Source: Tubiluchus corallicola
Taxonomy: Eukaryota; Animalia; Priapulida
Length of the DNA: 64,000 nucleotides
Direction: 5' to 3'
Assembly: GCA_030141605.1 (NCBI GenBank)
Contig: JAQGDQ010000127.1
Span: forward strand, 310,001-374,000
Part shown: positions 26,247 to 39,900 of the stretch, one piece after another
How positions within the stretch are numbered: position 1 is the stretch's first letter
Layout: every line of letters starts with the position of its first letter
Notes under the pieces: model-generated
The model's database searches: none
Told to the model about the DNA's origin: nothing
The model's input: the letters and a program-made list of their open reading frames with translations, nothing else
Made by a program: the position numbers and the translations under genes

Positions 26247-29200
26247 TGCACTGAGCTAACTTAAATTAGCAGTAGAAATTAGCATTTATTAACTGATTTT
26301 GTTCATACAGAATAAATATGTACGGCAAACATAATGACAAGTATAAAAATACAATATAAGCTTGATCTATTAAAATTTATATGTTGTTACGATTTCTTTT
26401 ATTTGGCATTTGAATTAATCAATTTGATCACTGGATAATTTCTAATTAAGTACCTTTTGTTTTGAACTCTAAATATTGGCCTTCTGAATTGATTGTTATG
26501 TTTTATCTGAAATAGAACAATCATTGTTTTTTTATTAGTAGTTGATTCATTGCTGATGTTTTAAAATATTCTACTGGGTAACTTTGGCACATTGTTTTTC
26601 GTTGTTATACAACCATTGTGTTATTATATTTTAATGCGTTTTGATGTAACAATTTTTCTGAAAGAATTGTTGTAGTTGGTTGACATGTCAGATAGTAACA
26701 GGTATGCGAGTCTAGTATGAAACTAAAAAGAGTCTACATTGCTATTATATGAATTTAATTTGTGGTTTGGTAGTAAGTAGCAGTTATTAAAATGATAATA
26801 GATGCATTTATTTCTGTGGTGTTAGTTGTTTGATTTAGTATGCAGATTAATCAGCATGTTATACAATTAATGATACAAAACGCTTTAACCATAATCCTAT
26901 TGTTCTAAACATTTATTAAATCATAACACCCAACATTAGACTCTATCATTTTTCATCAAGGCCCTTATCTAATAGGACTTTGTCTTTTAAATCTTTTCAT
27001 TAAGTAAAGGAGCAAAAGTTAGAAGGGAGACTCGCACTCTAGAAAAGCTGTATTCAGTTGTTGTTTCCCAATTGTGAATTAACTAATTAATAAAAAATTA
27101 ATTAATAGTGAAAGCGGAGATATGAATAATTTTACTGATTTTAATCTGAAAAAAATTGCGGTCTACAAGAGCAAGTCTGTGAGATTGCACAAGAGGCAGA
27201 AGAAAAAGCACAAGTCCTCATAAATTTAAATAAGTATAACTTTGCTGTACTAAACTTAAAATATTACTAAAAATAGAAAAGTATACAGAAATAAGGATAA
27301 AGAGCAAATTGAACTTTAACAAAATTTAATCAAGTAGTTGAAATGCTGTTTTGATAGTTGTGTAAATAAAATTTAATGCTATTTTACTTCACAAGCAAAT
27401 GTGTTATGTTATTTTAATAAATGAATGATGTAATGTGTGAGGGAGATTGAGTAATGAGTTTATTATTTTTTTGGGAACTACTGTGTACCACTTATATGGT
27501 AAAGTCTCTGTAAAGTGGAAAGAAATGTTATAAATGCAGGCCCATGTTAAGCTCTCATCCCAATTGTGGATAGTTCATTTTAAAACATTGACTTGCAGAC
27601 ACATATTAATTGTTATCCTAAATAACTGTGTTCTGAACGTGAATGTATTTTCGTGCTGTGTGACAAAAAGCCTAGCTAAATAACGTCATTACTGATAATA
27701 ACATCGGACATAGTCAGAGTTAGCTTTAGATATCTGAATTCCTTTAACATGGAGTCCTGTCAAGATTGTGCACCCTATAATCAATAATCTGAATCCCAAG
27801 CATGGCGGTCATCTGAAAAAGAAATAGATGCATTCATTGATTAAAAGTACGTTTTTGGAAATCACCATTACTAATAAAAAAGCAGGTTTCAGAATCGTAA
27901 ATTGTAGATAAGGAACTTTTTATATCTGGCTTCGAGAAAAGAATTGCAGTTCAATGCAAAGTGATCTGAATGCTGAGTACTTAGGAAACTTAACTGATGT
28001 AATTCACTTATTTTAGCAAATTTTAGGTATTAGACCAATCTTGAAGTTGCTTCAGTATTATCTCTCAATAATATTTACCAGTTTCAACAAGCAGTAGTGT
28101 ACAAAATTTCACAATGTGACTAAACGAACAAGGTACGCTATGTTTATAATTCAAACTAAATGATGCACAAAATTTATGTTTGTGAAAATTGAAAACAGGC
28201 TCAAGCTGCTGAAGCCATTTCATTATTATTATACAGCCATAGTGTAGGTAACCAATCTAATGTATTAGCCATTAGGCTACTGAATTGTTGTTGCTAGGAC
28301 TCAGCACGATAAATTTCAATTGTTTAAACGTTTTGTACAGCTTTCTTACATACTATGCACTCACGTGTTTGTGAAAGGAAGCTAGAATAGAATGTTGCTA
28401 TTATAGCTGCTGCGGTATTGATGAAACACTCTTCACGCAAGTTTGTGTTATACATATCAGTTTAGAAAAAGTGATAAGTGAGTTAGCAAGCCAACCAGCT
28501 TGATTTTTGAAATGCCACAACTGAAAACGAAGCAAAGCATGAAAAAAGCAAATTGTTATTACATGTATTATAAATTGAACTTTCTCAACAATAATATAGT
28601 GAATGTTGCATTACGCAAATAAAAGTGTTGTATAATTAAATTTTACTAGTGCAGACAAAATAAATATAACTAGACAACTCAAAATAGGGATGGGTATAAC
28701 CACAAAGCTAGAAAGTGCTAAACTACCAGTATAACGCTAATATAACAACAGTTGTATAAAAGAGATTCGAGATATGTGTACAGTGACTTCAAATCACACA
28801 CTGACAATGTAAAAGTTGCATTTACAGATATTCACGTTTATACAATTAAGCTTTAGTTCAACTGAAACCAAATACCTTAACGTTAAAATTTTAAACGGTC
28901 ACTTACATGCTCTGCCATTTTGCATTAGTGATATTACATGCATAATGCCTTCTACTTGATAACAAAAAGCTTTTAGTTTTTAGCATCTATTATGTAGGTT
29001 ATCAGTTGCATAGCTGAGATTCAGTACTCATCATTGCTATTAGAATAATTTGCATTTAGTGATTTTTATTATCTGTGACTGTATGTTACAAATCAGTATT
29101 CACTATTGTTAGCTTCATTTAAATACTACATGCAAAACTTAAGTAAGCCTAACAGCTCATTCTGTTAGTGACAACTACATTCTTATTGCCAACCAATATA

Positions 29201-29251
29201 TTTTCCAAAATGGTTAGTTGCTATTGCTATACAGATATTGCTATGTTATCT

Positions 29252-30544
29252 CTACTGTCGCATATTTTCATTTATGGTTAGTCTTTCACCAGAGGAACCT
29301 TTAACCACGTTACCAAATGTCTGCTTACGATTGGCGTAAAATGATGATAAAGCTTCTTTATTTCGCAGATAGTGTTCTGGCATCTTGCCACTGTAATCCC
29401 GTAAATGTAGATTTGCTCCATATCCTTTTCGAAGCAGCTCTATGCATTCTTCATGGCCATTAATAGCTGCTAAATGTACTGGCGTGTATCCTCCACATGT
29501 ACGCTGGTTGACATTGCAACCGTATTTCCCAGCCAACAACTTAATTAGATCTTTTCTACCCTTGCGTGCAGCATGATGTAAAGCAGTATAGCCAGAAAAA
29601 AAGTCTCTGAAACTTGCCAGGTCTGCATTTTCCAATAGCATGCCATTTACTTTCTCATAATCAGCTGATGCTATTGCTAGCAAAAAGTTCCTTTCTTCAT
29701 TTGATAGAGAAACATGACTGTAATGCACGTCACTGTCATCATCGTGATCCTCTTCTTGTTCCGCATTACCTGTAACAACATCTGATTGCTTGTTGATTTT
29801 CTTAGCTTTCTCCTTTACTGATGTCTTTGTTTTTCTTGCTTCAAAATTTTCTTCTGCTGCAGAATGCAATTGTTCTGGTAGTGTCGGTTCCCTAGACCCT
29901 TCCTTACTCGAGGAAGTTGAAACCGTAGTAACCGAACTAGTCATGCTGTCCGTTGATATGTTGTCCGTTACTTGCTTTTCCGATAAAACTTTGCACTCAG
30001 AAAGATCAGATACTTTCTTGAAATCTATATTATCATGCTGTATTAATTTGGCATCTAGTACAGTTTCAGTGCTGGATGGCACTGCAGCAGTAATAGTTGT
30101 TTCAGTGTCACACTCAGCAATGCCAGACTCTTCACCAATAGAAAACTTCTGTGTATTCTCATTTGCTATTTCGGTTGTGCCTACATTGAGTTCACTTGCA
30201 CAACTTATTTCTGATGAGACAACATTTATTTTATTATCAATGATATCTGATTCTGCTTGCTCTATGCTTTCGTCTACTTCAGCACTCTCTGCATCTTCTG
30301 GTTTAATTTTGCTGATGTTATTCATAAACTTCTTTTTTAAAACCATAATTTTTTCTCCGTTGGCTGTTTGTTTTACAGTTGAAAGTGTATTAACGATGTC
30401 CTTAAAGGCCTCCCTAGCCGCTGCTTTTGTGTTAGGATCACTCAAGGACTTCTTAAAATGACTGACAAGTTCATGGTTTCGACAACGTCCACCTCGTTCC
30501 AGCATAAAATTTTTAACATCCTCCAATGTAAAATCAAATTCCAT
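29252..30544 (-). CDS. SOWAH: SOWAH (sosondowah)-family ankyrin repeat protein, ~430 aa, intronless CDS
   Basis: N-terminal FTLEDVKNFMLERGGRCRNHELVSHFK..FKDIVNTLS motif typical of SOWAH proteins, an acidic/Ser-rich linker, and ankyrin repeats DFFSGYTALHHAARKG and GGYTPVHLAAINGH..RDYSGKMP. The start is placed at ATG 30544 because an acceptor (TTTGTTTCAG) lies 10 nt upstream. The ORF-track start at 30592 is probably intronic. Confidence 0.88.
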   Translation of the reverse strand: MEFDFTLEDVKNFMLERGGRCRNHELVSHFKKSLSDPNTKAAAREAFKDIVNTLSTVKQTANGEKIMVLKKKFMNNISKIKPEDAESAEVDESIEQAESDIIDNKINVVSSEISCASELNVGTTEIANENTQKFSIGEESGIAECDTETTITAAVPSSTETVLDAKLIQHDNIDFKKVSDLSECKVLSEKQVTDNISTDSMTSSVTTVSTSSSKEGSREPTLPEQLHSAAEENFEARKTKTSVKEKAKKINKQSDVVTGNAEQEEDHDDDSDVHYSHVSLSNEERNFLLAIASADYEKVNGMLLENADLASFRDFFSGYTALHHAARKGRKDLIKLLAGKYGCNVNQRTCGGYTPVHLAAINGHEECIELLRKGYGANLHLRDYSGKMPEHYLRNKEALSSFYANRKQTFGNVVKGSSGERLTINENMRQ

Positions 30545-31889
30545 TGTCAATTCACTGAAACAAAAAAACTTTTTGAAAGCACCAATAAACATGTACGTTC
30601 AAAATAGGCCCAAAAACACGTAATACAGATTTTAAAGTGATTTAATAACATGCGTACATTTTAAAAATAATTTCAATATCTTGTAGCACAAAGTATCTAG
30701 ACGTTACTTATATAATGATAATGGCTCAATTGAAGCCTAATTGTTGATCAGAGACAATATATTATATGGGGTGGCCCACAAAATATGTACAAAAATTTAC
30801 ACTACGATAAAATTAGAAGCAAATGTCCTACAATGTCCTTGAAAACTCTTAATATGGCATTACAATACATTAACTTTCACTTGTTAGAAGTTTATAGCTA
30901 ATAGTGGTTTTTAAGATGTGGCTGAAAAGCTTTTGCATGTTAAAAATTGAAATGCCAGTACAATGTCTGCTAATAACCAATTGAAGAAACAGTCAGATTG
31001 TCATATAACGCACTTGATAAAAGCCAGCAAAATAATAACGAAATTTACACTAAGTAACATGTATATTTTGCTCTGAATTAATCTCAATTAATTGAATTAC
31101 AATTCGATCGCTGATTATATTGATTTATACATGGCTACAATCGTGATTAATTTGATTAATCTACTAATCGCCCATCACTATTGTGTTTAGCATATTGAAC
31201 AGGAAGTCTGGCACCTGCTCAGATGGTATTTCCCATTGTGTTACTGCTGCTACCTGTTCCAGACTGCAGAACTAAATTTTGACATAATGTCCGTGAAATT
31301 TGACTGGGTTACACATAAAATTCATAAACACTGTGTTTGGCACCCGGGTGACTAGTCAAATCGATTTCTGCTATCATATTTGGCGTGTTTTGAGCTTCAA
31401 CATGACCTGAACTCTATTAGGCTACAAAAACATTGTAGAAAAACACTGTAGTTTATATTTAGTTTAAATCATTGAAAATGTCTCTCAGAAAAAAATGACC
31501 GATTTACTGCTTTCACCCTAAAGTATACAAAAAATAATTACAAAATGCAAAGAAAAAGTGATGTACAATAAGTGATGTTTTATACAAAATTAATTCATGC
31601 ACAATACAACAAAATTACAAAATTCTCATAAATAATAATTATAAGCTTAGATTGCTGTATTAATTCTTTGCTTTTTTTATTTAGCATGATTGTCACTAGT
31701 ATTTCTAGTGTCAATGCAAGTGTAAATGTAGTAAAACAGATGAAAGACCGCTGCATCAGAACTTTTCTCGCTGAATTTATAGAAATTATGCCAGACTATA
31801 CATATACAGATTGCCAGAAATAATGTTGGATTATTCAAGTAAGGAGACAATCAGTTTACATATTAAACTGTAACTGTAACTAAAAATAG

Positions 31890-33060
31890 CATTCAATTCA
31901 ATTCAATTTTAATTTACTTATCTCTTTATAAAGCTACAATAAAACATGATTAGTTTTGAAGAGTGGCTAAAATGTATAGATAGATCTAGAACTAAAGAAA
32001 GGATAGCGAAAAGACTACAAAGTCACCTAGTCTGCTATACTTTACCGAATATAGATAAAAAGATTTTTTAGACACTGGCGGGCATTAATGTTATCAGTTT
32101 AATTTAGGAAACCTTAGTAATTTTTAAAATTATGACATTTGCTATATAATGCAGAGAAAAGAATATACATGTAGCTTAATTAGCGGGAAACAAAATAAGG
32201 TCAATCTTGATTAAACTAAAAATTGCATTTAGATTTTATGTGAAATACAGGTCAAAATTGTTATGAAATGATAAAAACACTTTGGGTTAATAATGCTATT
32301 GATCAACAACAGGGGTTAAATACATTTTGATTTGAGTTAAATTTCATTATTTCTAGGCTTATTGATTAAGAACAAATCTACTGACTTGGACAATAATACT
32401 AAATAATATAATTCTCAATATACTGATAAGACAAAAATTTAGCTATACGGGTTTTTTAGTAATTTTATAAAGGAGAGGTAAGACTTGTGCAATATGTGAA
32501 CAACACCTAAATCTTTACTCATAAAACAGTATTACAGTATGACTTTAATAATTACTCTGCTGTAAAGAATAGAAGAAAGACGGGTATTTCCTGATATTTA
32601 GGATAATATCTGTAATGGCCTGAGGATTAATTAACTTGTAGAGTTATAAGTAACAGCATTCAAAGTACGAAACGGTAGCTCGTTATTCAATAATTGAGAG
32701 AAAAAAAATTTAATTGAGTATTAGAGTACATTTTCTGAGCCACAGATTCATGCCATGCTGTAGTATTTTCAGTTTTATGAATATTAAAGTAGTTAGGATT
32801 ATTAAATTAAAGAAGTTAGGTAAAGAAAATAGAATATAGTTGAGTAAGAGCTTGAAATTAATCAGTGTAAGTTAATAGCCATTGCTTTTTAAGTTTAGAG
32901 ATCAAAATATAGATACTGTTAGAATCTTTAATATTACTGTTAAACAATTTCAGAATTTAACAGCTTGATATTTGATAGTACTTAATCCATGAGTGGTACA
33001 GAATCTGGGCGTAAATATAGACTACGAGTGGCAGATCTAAATATACATACACTAAATATA
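31890..33060 (-). mobile_element. L2-clade LINE 3' end with long 3' UTR and (TTGAA)n tail
   Basis: RSATRSLYLRPRFCTTHGLSTIKYQAVKF*N at ~32945-33045, stem-loop at 32001-32040, and ATTCAATTCAATTCAA at 31891. Confidence 0.75.
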
Positions 33061-33914
33061 TGAGTAAATTACCACGAGATTAGCGGAAACATTCACTGAT
33101 AATGTGAGAATAATAGAATAATGACCAACGAGCCTAGAAACGAGTAATAACCTAGAAAAAACTAGGAGGTGCGAAAGTGTAATAGCGCCAGCAAATTATA
33201 AAAATAAGTTCAAATGAGATGTTAAATTCTCATTACTTTAGGTGGAAACAGTAAAGACACTACAGAACAGTTATTAACATGTGAAAAACTGAATAAAAGA
33301 ATGTCGATAATACAGATAAACTGAAGGAAGTAAATACCAGAATCAACGAAGCCCTAAAGGTAAGAAAGTTGTTAGGACCTGATTTTGAGATATAAAAAAG
33401 AAGACAGCGTTACTAGTAGATAAAATTACTTAGGCTTGCACTTAGAGATAAGTGCCTTCCAGACTGGAAAAGAGGCCGATGTGAAACCGTTATACACTGA
33501 AGTAAGGGTGACCAAGGCTATGATTTGAGCTTAACAATAAAACTGCCTTCAACGTTACTTTAAATTTGGTTTGGCTTTCAAAATGCACTCAATGTAGGAC
33601 TAGAACGCCCCCACACCTCTGGCTGAATTATGGAGTCTTACTCAATTCGTTCTCTGGTTTATACCCCTTGGCAGCTCTAAACGTAATTTGTTTATTTACC
33701 TGCCAAAATAATTGTAATATCTCTCGATCTAACACGGTTTCATATCGAGATAATTATTTGATACAATTGCAACTCAAAGTAATCCTGTCTATTCGAGATG
33801 ATCCCAATTTGATTCAACCATGAGCTCCGTCGGACTAACGCACGGAAAACTAAACGGAACAGTTTAGTTTATTTTATTTACGATAACCTTTCTGTTCAGA
33901 GATAGAATAGAATT

Positions 33915-35160
33915 TTTCAATTCAATTCAATTTATTAGTCTCCTTTACACGATGTAACAATATATAATATTTATATGAGAATAATACTGCAATGATAATT
34001 GAGACAGGGTGGCGAAAGACAAAGAGGTCACCTAGTAGCCACCCCTATTCATGCAACATTAATTAGTATGGTTAATTATGTAATACTAATTCCAGCTTTG
34101 TGCGAGACATTTAATTTGCGGAAAATAGTGCATCGAAATGACAAAATAAAAAAATAATAATAGTAATAATAACCATGCATTAAAACATCAAAATAGCAAA
34201 AAAAACATTTATGTCAATAATCAATAAAAGTTGCAGTAATGTATGTAATACCCCGGAAAAGATTCATTACTTGCGTTATAAAATCACATGCAAATTATAA
34301 ACAAACAGTTCGTGGAAATAACAAAATATAAAGTAATAATAATACTAATAATAACCATGCATCAAAATGCATGTTATGTCAAAAATCAATAACAGTGAAA
34401 TACATTAGGGAAAAAATAATTACGTGTAAAAAAAAAATCCCATACAATAATCAAACAAAAATGAAATTATAATTCCAAAAATGTGAACTAAGTCATCAAA
34501 ATAAATAATGCATCAAAATAATCAAATATGTGATATGTGTCTATATATATAAATGGAGGCGGAACATCACAGTACCTTGAGCACTAGAATTATCAGATAT
34601 CTTGCTCCATTGCACTGCTATTTAACTTAGTTGTAATTTTCAAGCTCTGTCAAAAAATGTCATCATTATTACAAATGAAAATAAAAATTCATATTGCAAA
34701 TTTTAAGCAGCAGTCTAGTTCGGTAGTCTGTTTTAGATTTCACCAGTTAATATTATGTTTGCTAGTTCACTACGTACGTATACTTCTGCAAACAGCCGAC
34801 ATGAATTGTATTATTCTAAATACTATGCATGATAAAGCATAATTTCTCATAAGTGATAGTACCATCCTTATTGATGGGCATTTGCATAGTTAGTTATCAG
34901 GTATTCAAAATGCTTTTTTGAAGCAATGCCCAGAGAAGACGACATCGTAATTTCAGATGAGAATGTATTCCACAATTTAGTCCCTGTTTGTTGTATTGTT
35001 TTGAGGCCGTGTGTTGTTCTGAATTGTTTTTGATAAAATTTTCCTTTTGATGCAATTCTAGTGTTGTAGTCACGATGGTCGCTGATTTTACTGAAGTAAC
35101 TGTGAAACAGGTCTAGTAGCACATTATAGTTAGCTTTATACATAAACTTTTTAGCATGCG
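33915..35160 (-). mobile_element. L2-clade LINE 3' end with (TTGAA)n tail
   Basis: FMYK..HRDYNTRIASKGKFYQKQFRTTHGLKTIQQTGTKLWN, stem-loop at 34006-34045, and TTCAATTCAATTCAA at ~33916. Confidence 0.8.
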
Positions 35161-35559
35161 TAGTACATGATATGATGTTAGAAACCTTAGGAGTTAGCAG
35201 CTTGTAAATAATCGCCTGGCAAACTAAAAACAAAATCGGAATAACCAAAATAAATAAGAATGTTAAACAATTACTGCTATGGCTAATTATATCAGGACGT
35301 GTGATAGCTGGCCGGTTTTAAACAGTTAAAAGAGAAAGAAAAGAAAATTTTAAAGTATATCCCACATAACTTTCCGTAAAAAGTTATAATTGCCAATTGG
35401 TAAGTGACAAAAGTTTCAAAACGAATATTTTAAGCATTATTTATGAAGAGCGTTTTTTGGGCTTTAAAAATACAAAATCACGTACAGAACAAAAATGTTA
35501 CGCTGCACAAATTACAATCAAAATAAGTCTAATAAATTCATTTCAGACAACTAAAATTC

Positions 35560-36150
35560 TCAGATTATAAGTTACAAAATGCACGTGAAAATAACTGTTT
35601 TTAGTTGAGATTTAAAAGGTGATAGTGATGGTGTCGTTTTTACTTTTTACGTGCAGAAGTAACTGATTCTATAGCTGCAGGGCAGCATAAGAAAATGATC
35701 GACCAACACGCGTGGAGAGATTATAATCCTTGGCACATTCAAATTGTACAAATTGCCAGATCTGAATTGCCTACTACAGGCACATAGCTCTGCTGTAAGT
35801 AACTTGATCTGGCAGCAGCACTCATACTTTTTGTACACAAGCAACAAGATCTTAAAATTTATCCAGAAGTACACAATGCAGCAAGAGTATAACTGAACCA
35901 AAACTGGAGTTTATTGTCTGTGAGATAAACTGCAGTGACAACAGACAAAAACAGCAGTGATGCTAAACTTGAAAGACAGAAGATGTGAAAAATAAAGATA
36001 CGCCAGGATATAAGCCAGAAAGTAGTTGTTACTGCTTCATCATTCCTTCTTTTATGATTGGTAATTCTGTATGCCTGGTGGCAAAAAAAACAGTAAGTAG
36101 CCAAGAACCACTTTTGAAGTATTTGAGTTGCCATCAGGCCAAGGAAACTG
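35560..36150 (-). mobile_element. Decayed L2-like LINE C-terminal fragment
   Basis: INFKILLLVYK...FRSGNLYNLNVPR motifs. Confidence 0.55.
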
Positions 36151-36179
36151 ATTCAACTGAATAACTCTTGTCTTCGAAC

Positions 36180-36222
36180 AAAATCAAGTACATTGTTAAT
36201 CAAAATCAAGTACATTGTTAAC
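36180..36222. repeat. 22-bp tandem duplication
   Basis: (C)AAAATCAAGTACATTGTTAA occurs twice. Confidence 0.85.
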
Positions 36223-36998
36223 TTATGGATAAAACTACAAAATTTACTTTTTATTTTTTTGAAATTTTGTTTATTATTATCCCTTCAATAACCCCACACT
36301 CAATCTAGTCTACAGAAAACATAATAAACATTTAACATTTTTACACATTTCTGGTAAGGCACCACCAACAGAGCAATCTATAAGTTTTTTACCCCTGATG
36401 ATAATAATAATCACTTATCTTAGCAGCACTAGTATAAAAAAACTGCTGTGTTCATAAAAATACAAAAAACAGAGATACATAAACGCCTATTTCTTCAAAG
36501 AAGCCATTTCATACTCAAGAATAAAGTTATAAATAAGCTTTAAAATGCCTCCTTATTGGATACATGAATGTAAATATTTGCCTAGTAAACAGTTTAATTT
36601 CTTAATTTCAAGTGTTTTTAGTTATTTGTAGATGCCAAATCAATAAAAAACACACAATCTGTATTAATAACACTTCAAAAATATTGTCTGTAAAAAGTAA
36701 TAAATTTCATAAAAGAATAATTCAAAAGTAACTGCACCAAAAATATAAATCTTCTTAATAAAGTTTGCCATATTATTGGCTTGTAATTGTTTTTTCTAAT
36801 ATCACAGGGGCTTAACTTTCATTTCTGTAGTTTACATTGGTAATGTACCGAAATACAATGAAATTTCACATTAAACTGAATTATTTTTTACACGACCAAT
36901 AATTCAAGTAGTTTCTAGTTTTGCGTGACCTGAGCTAAAAGTTTATAATAACCGTTAGCGTGCCATAGCTATCCTCAAGTTACCATGGTGAATATATA

Positions 36999-39900
36999 TT
37001 AATATGCATAAAGAATATCACAGAGAAGGAGTCGATCACGAAGTGAACCAATCAGCATCTTATTTTTATATAGAACAGCACCAGTTGACTGGCCAATCAA
37101 AGTGCCATCATCCGCAAATATTTCTGTTATCTTTGTGGCTTCACCACTCTTCATATGAAAGTGCAATATCTACAAAAAATCACAAATAAATATAGAATTG
37201 CAAACGGATTAGGATAATGGGATTGGTGCAGATTTAGTTCCACCTGCTCTGGATCCAAAAGCTTACAGGCATCTGAATCCAGAAAAAATTTAAATTTCTG
37301 TAATAATAATATAATTACACAGTATAACAATAATAATGTTAAATTTGCACAATAAAAAAACTCATTTCCATCTATCTCACCTACATACACTCCAGAGCTG
37401 TACAGAATTGTTGATGCTCACAAAATGTAAAAAGCAGAAATAAATTTATCAAATATCCATACTTAGTTCTAGACCTATAAGTGCAAAACGTGTCCAGTTT
37501 GAAGTAAAATCAAATTTGTCAAAGTATACCCAGTACTTTGAAAAAATAATCAGAACCATTTTCGCAGTTAAATAGATCTTAAAAATTTGGCTTTAGACAA
37601 TTAAGGATGAAACATCAATTAAATAAAAACAAAGTTATGATCTGGTTGACATCATCTACATTGTGAATTGAAAATGTAAGCATGTCTTTTAGAGGTTATC
37701 AGATTAGTAAAACGTGCGCACCTTGCACAATACAGACATTTTAAGAGAGAAAATGGAAGAAATTATTAACTTAAAAAATATTAATGGAACATTTAAATTC
37801 TGCTCGTAAAATACATCATTGCAGAATATTGATGGAAAACTTTCATCAAATGCAAAATAGTTAAAAGTAAAGGAGAAAAGATTAGTAGTTGGAAGTATTA
37901 GATGTGCAACAAAAAATTTCATTGATACTACCAAGACTGCCAAGTGTTGTAAAACCAAGAATGACATGAGCCAGAGCCTATTTGAAATATGACCATACCT
38001 GTGATGGAGCTTTCTCAAAATCAGGATATTCCTCACTCTTTAACAATTGATATGCAACTGGATGACAGCCGGCAAACACATCTCCTGTGTCACTGTCGAC
38101 CCAAATGTTATCACAGTTACTTGCAAGATCTTGATTCTGAAATTCAGGTGCTCTTTTACATGTGTGTAGTATTAGAAGAGATCAATAAAAAAGCCATTTT
38201 TAATATAATATATTACACACTGATGTAATACACTTAATTAAAAATATTAAAACTCCCCAAAACAGGTTAAAAATATCAAACACCCATATCTCGGTTTGCC
38301 GTACAAAAAAAACGACTGTGAGAATTTGCCGATTGTCCATATTTAAAAGTACTAAGCTAATACGTCGTGTATTAGACTCACGGCAATGTAAAATCAATCG
38401 CTTAATTGTCTGATACACGTCTAGTACAGGCAGCTCTCACGCAAAATCTGTCGGCAATTGACTCAAGTAACTCTGCACAATTGAACGTACATTTTTTCTG
38501 CACACGCTTGAATAAGATACTTTTGTGTGACCAATGAGTTTTTACTATGTTTAAGTGGTCTTACTTCACTTTTGTGCAGTATAATATACAGAGAAACAAT
38601 CACGTCAAGTGCAGTTTGTATATGCTAATTATATGCTAACATGCTAAGTACTGTTTATTATGTGCTAATACCACTACATTATTATGCTGTGGTTTCATCT
38701 TGAATCTGTTACCCGCTTATCCACTGCAATTAACCATGCAATTAGCGGTCAGCTCACGAACCAACTGACTGTGTCCATAGTATGCAGGACTTTTTAACAG
38801 TCCAGATTTTGTTCAATTCTTCCAATATCCAGCAAACCGAGACAAGAGTGTACTTGTCTCATACAAGCATGCGGCATTCTAGGATATTCTGTGTTTGTTA
38901 CGGACCTTCTGTATTTACTAAAAGAGGATTGGGTGCAAGGCTTCAAAACGGAATTCAAACGTAGTAGAAAAATTTACTGAACTGACAAATTTTTAAATCT
39001 AGACTAGCTCAAAGGCTGTCTTGCTAGGTGCTTGTTTTGCAAACACATTCCTACATAAGGCACCTGTAGTGGAAAATTTCTGAAAGCCTACTTGTTGCCA
39101 AATAAACACTTCAAAAGAAGTATTAAGACAATTTACTAAGACGTGCTAAAAATATGTATTCGTTGTTCGTAGTAGATTTTTTTAATTTTACACATTGACT
39201 CATTCTACTGTTTTTCAGTTTTAGAACCTTCATTTGTCAAAATGAAGTTTGACATTTTAAAATAAAGATCACCATAATTTATAGGAAGGGCACAGGATCA
39301 GCTACTGGTTATTTCTGATTTAGATATTCTAGTAACTAATGCTTTTGCATTCAACTTTGAATAAAAAAAATTCTAAGTGACTAAATAACTATTGTTGAGT
39401 TTTGTATGGAGATGACCTAGGTTTTATTTTTTTTCATTTACTGCTACCAGGCAATAGAATATGTGCAATGGTAGAAAGAATGATATGCATGGAATATACA
39501 CAAAAAGATAACAATGCATTACCTGCACTTCCTTCAACTCAAAATCTTTCAGAATTTCGAATGAATAAAATTTCCGTCGTGCCACTAGATACAGGTATCT
39601 ACATAAAATGAAGGTTAGTCAGAGTGATGAAATTGCAAATATGAATAACTACTTGAACGAAATGCAGCAAATGCTGCTGATGCTGCTGAAAATTATGTGT
39701 GAATTATAAGTGCTAATTCTACTGATGACAATATTTTAAGTTTTTTATTTACTAAGCATATAATAAGCTTTTATTGAAATTTTAAGCTACAATAAACAAA
39801 TATACATTAAGTGAGCCTCATGTATGTTCACAAATCCAGATATAAAAATAAAAACAATGATACCTTCCATCTTTTGACCTGGCAAGTCCATTAGGCAAAT

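Noticed and set aside
29790-30461. 223-aa plus-strand ORF
   Set aside because: Antisense shadow of the SOWAH CDS, low complexity, no recognisable motif.
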